From Isurus oxyrinchus (Eukaryota): a DNA stretch of 64,000 nt. How positions within the stretch are numbered: position 1 is the stretch's first letter; every line of letters begins with the position of its first letter. Below are positions 63,366-64,000 of the stretch, piece after piece. The position numbers were made by a program, and so were the translations under genes. The notes beneath the pieces were generated by a model. It made no database searches. It was given only the letters and a program-made list of their open reading frames with translations, and was not told the origin of the DNA. The DNA lies in assembly GCA_026770705.1 (NCBI GenBank), contig JANJGN010000012.1, positions 69,998,001 through 70,062,000 of the forward strand, given 5' to 3'.

Positions 63366-63544
63366 TCTCTCAGCTTAGACAGTGAGAGTGGGATGGTCAC
63401 CATAGCCGAGCTCAAATTTGCTCTAATTCATTAAAAGAAAGAATGACTGATATTAATGCCACGCCTTTCACAACCTCAAGATATCCAAAAGCCAATGAGG
63501 CCTTTTCGAAACACAGTCACTGTTGCAATGTAGGAAACTGGCAG

Positions 63545-64000
63545 CCTGCTCCACCATTCAATAAGATCATGCCTGATCTGATTACAGCCAAAACTCCATT
63601 CCCCATAACCCTGGACTCCCTTGCAAATCAAAAATCTGTCTAACTCAACCTTGAATATATTCAGTCACCCAGTCTCCACTGCTCTCTGTGAAAGAGAATT
63701 CCAAAGACTAATGAACCCCTGAGAGAAGAAATTCCTCCTCATCTCAACCTTAATTGGGAGACCCCTCACTTTTAAACTATGCCCCCTAGTTCTAGATTCC
63801 CTCATGAGATGAAACATCCTCTCAGCATCCAACCTGTCAAGCCCGCTCACTGGTCAACATTTCCTCATAAGACAAACCCAATCATCCCAGGAATCAACTT
63901 TGTGAACATTCTCTGAACGGCTTCTAATACTAATATATCCTTCCTTTAGTGAGGAAATCAAAACTATGCCCAGTACTCTAAGTGCAGTCTCACCAAGGCC
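63545..64000 (-). mobile_element. CR1 3' fragment running off the window end
   Basis: GLDRLDAERMF..TRGHSLKVRG..RRNFFSQG..LWNSL (ORF 63665-63850). Confidence 0.88.

Overview
Repeat-dominated vertebrate nuclear DNA, most likely from a shark or other cartilaginous fish. This is inferred from the repeat repertoire: CR1 and L2 LINEs, DeuSINE/SacSINE-like SINEs, Penelope-like elements, Harbinger and Gypsy. Most of the window is nested, decayed mobile elements and no intact host gene is recognisable. The only candidate host exons are a minus-strand pair at 41.5-42.0 kb. Main elements: a full-length but decayed PIF/Harbinger transposon (36514-41257; transposase plus an intron-containing Myb/SANT gene) and a deleted relative; three Gypsy-type LTR elements, two of which carry gag and protease but no RT or integrase; solo LTRs with target-site duplications (TSDs); Penelope-like fragments with hammerhead-ribozyme cores; and many copies of a short single-ORF EN-RT LINE, here called LINE-A. 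The most interesting signal is LINE-A. Its one 5'-complete copy starts with a tRNA-like Pol III promoter head, has no room for ORF1, and by eye the family is almost free of TTTT runs on the sense strand. This suggests an autonomous, possibly Pol III-transcribed LINE that shares head, body and tail with a local SINE. All calls were made by eye, and repeat boundaries are approximate unless TSDs or TIRs are quoted.
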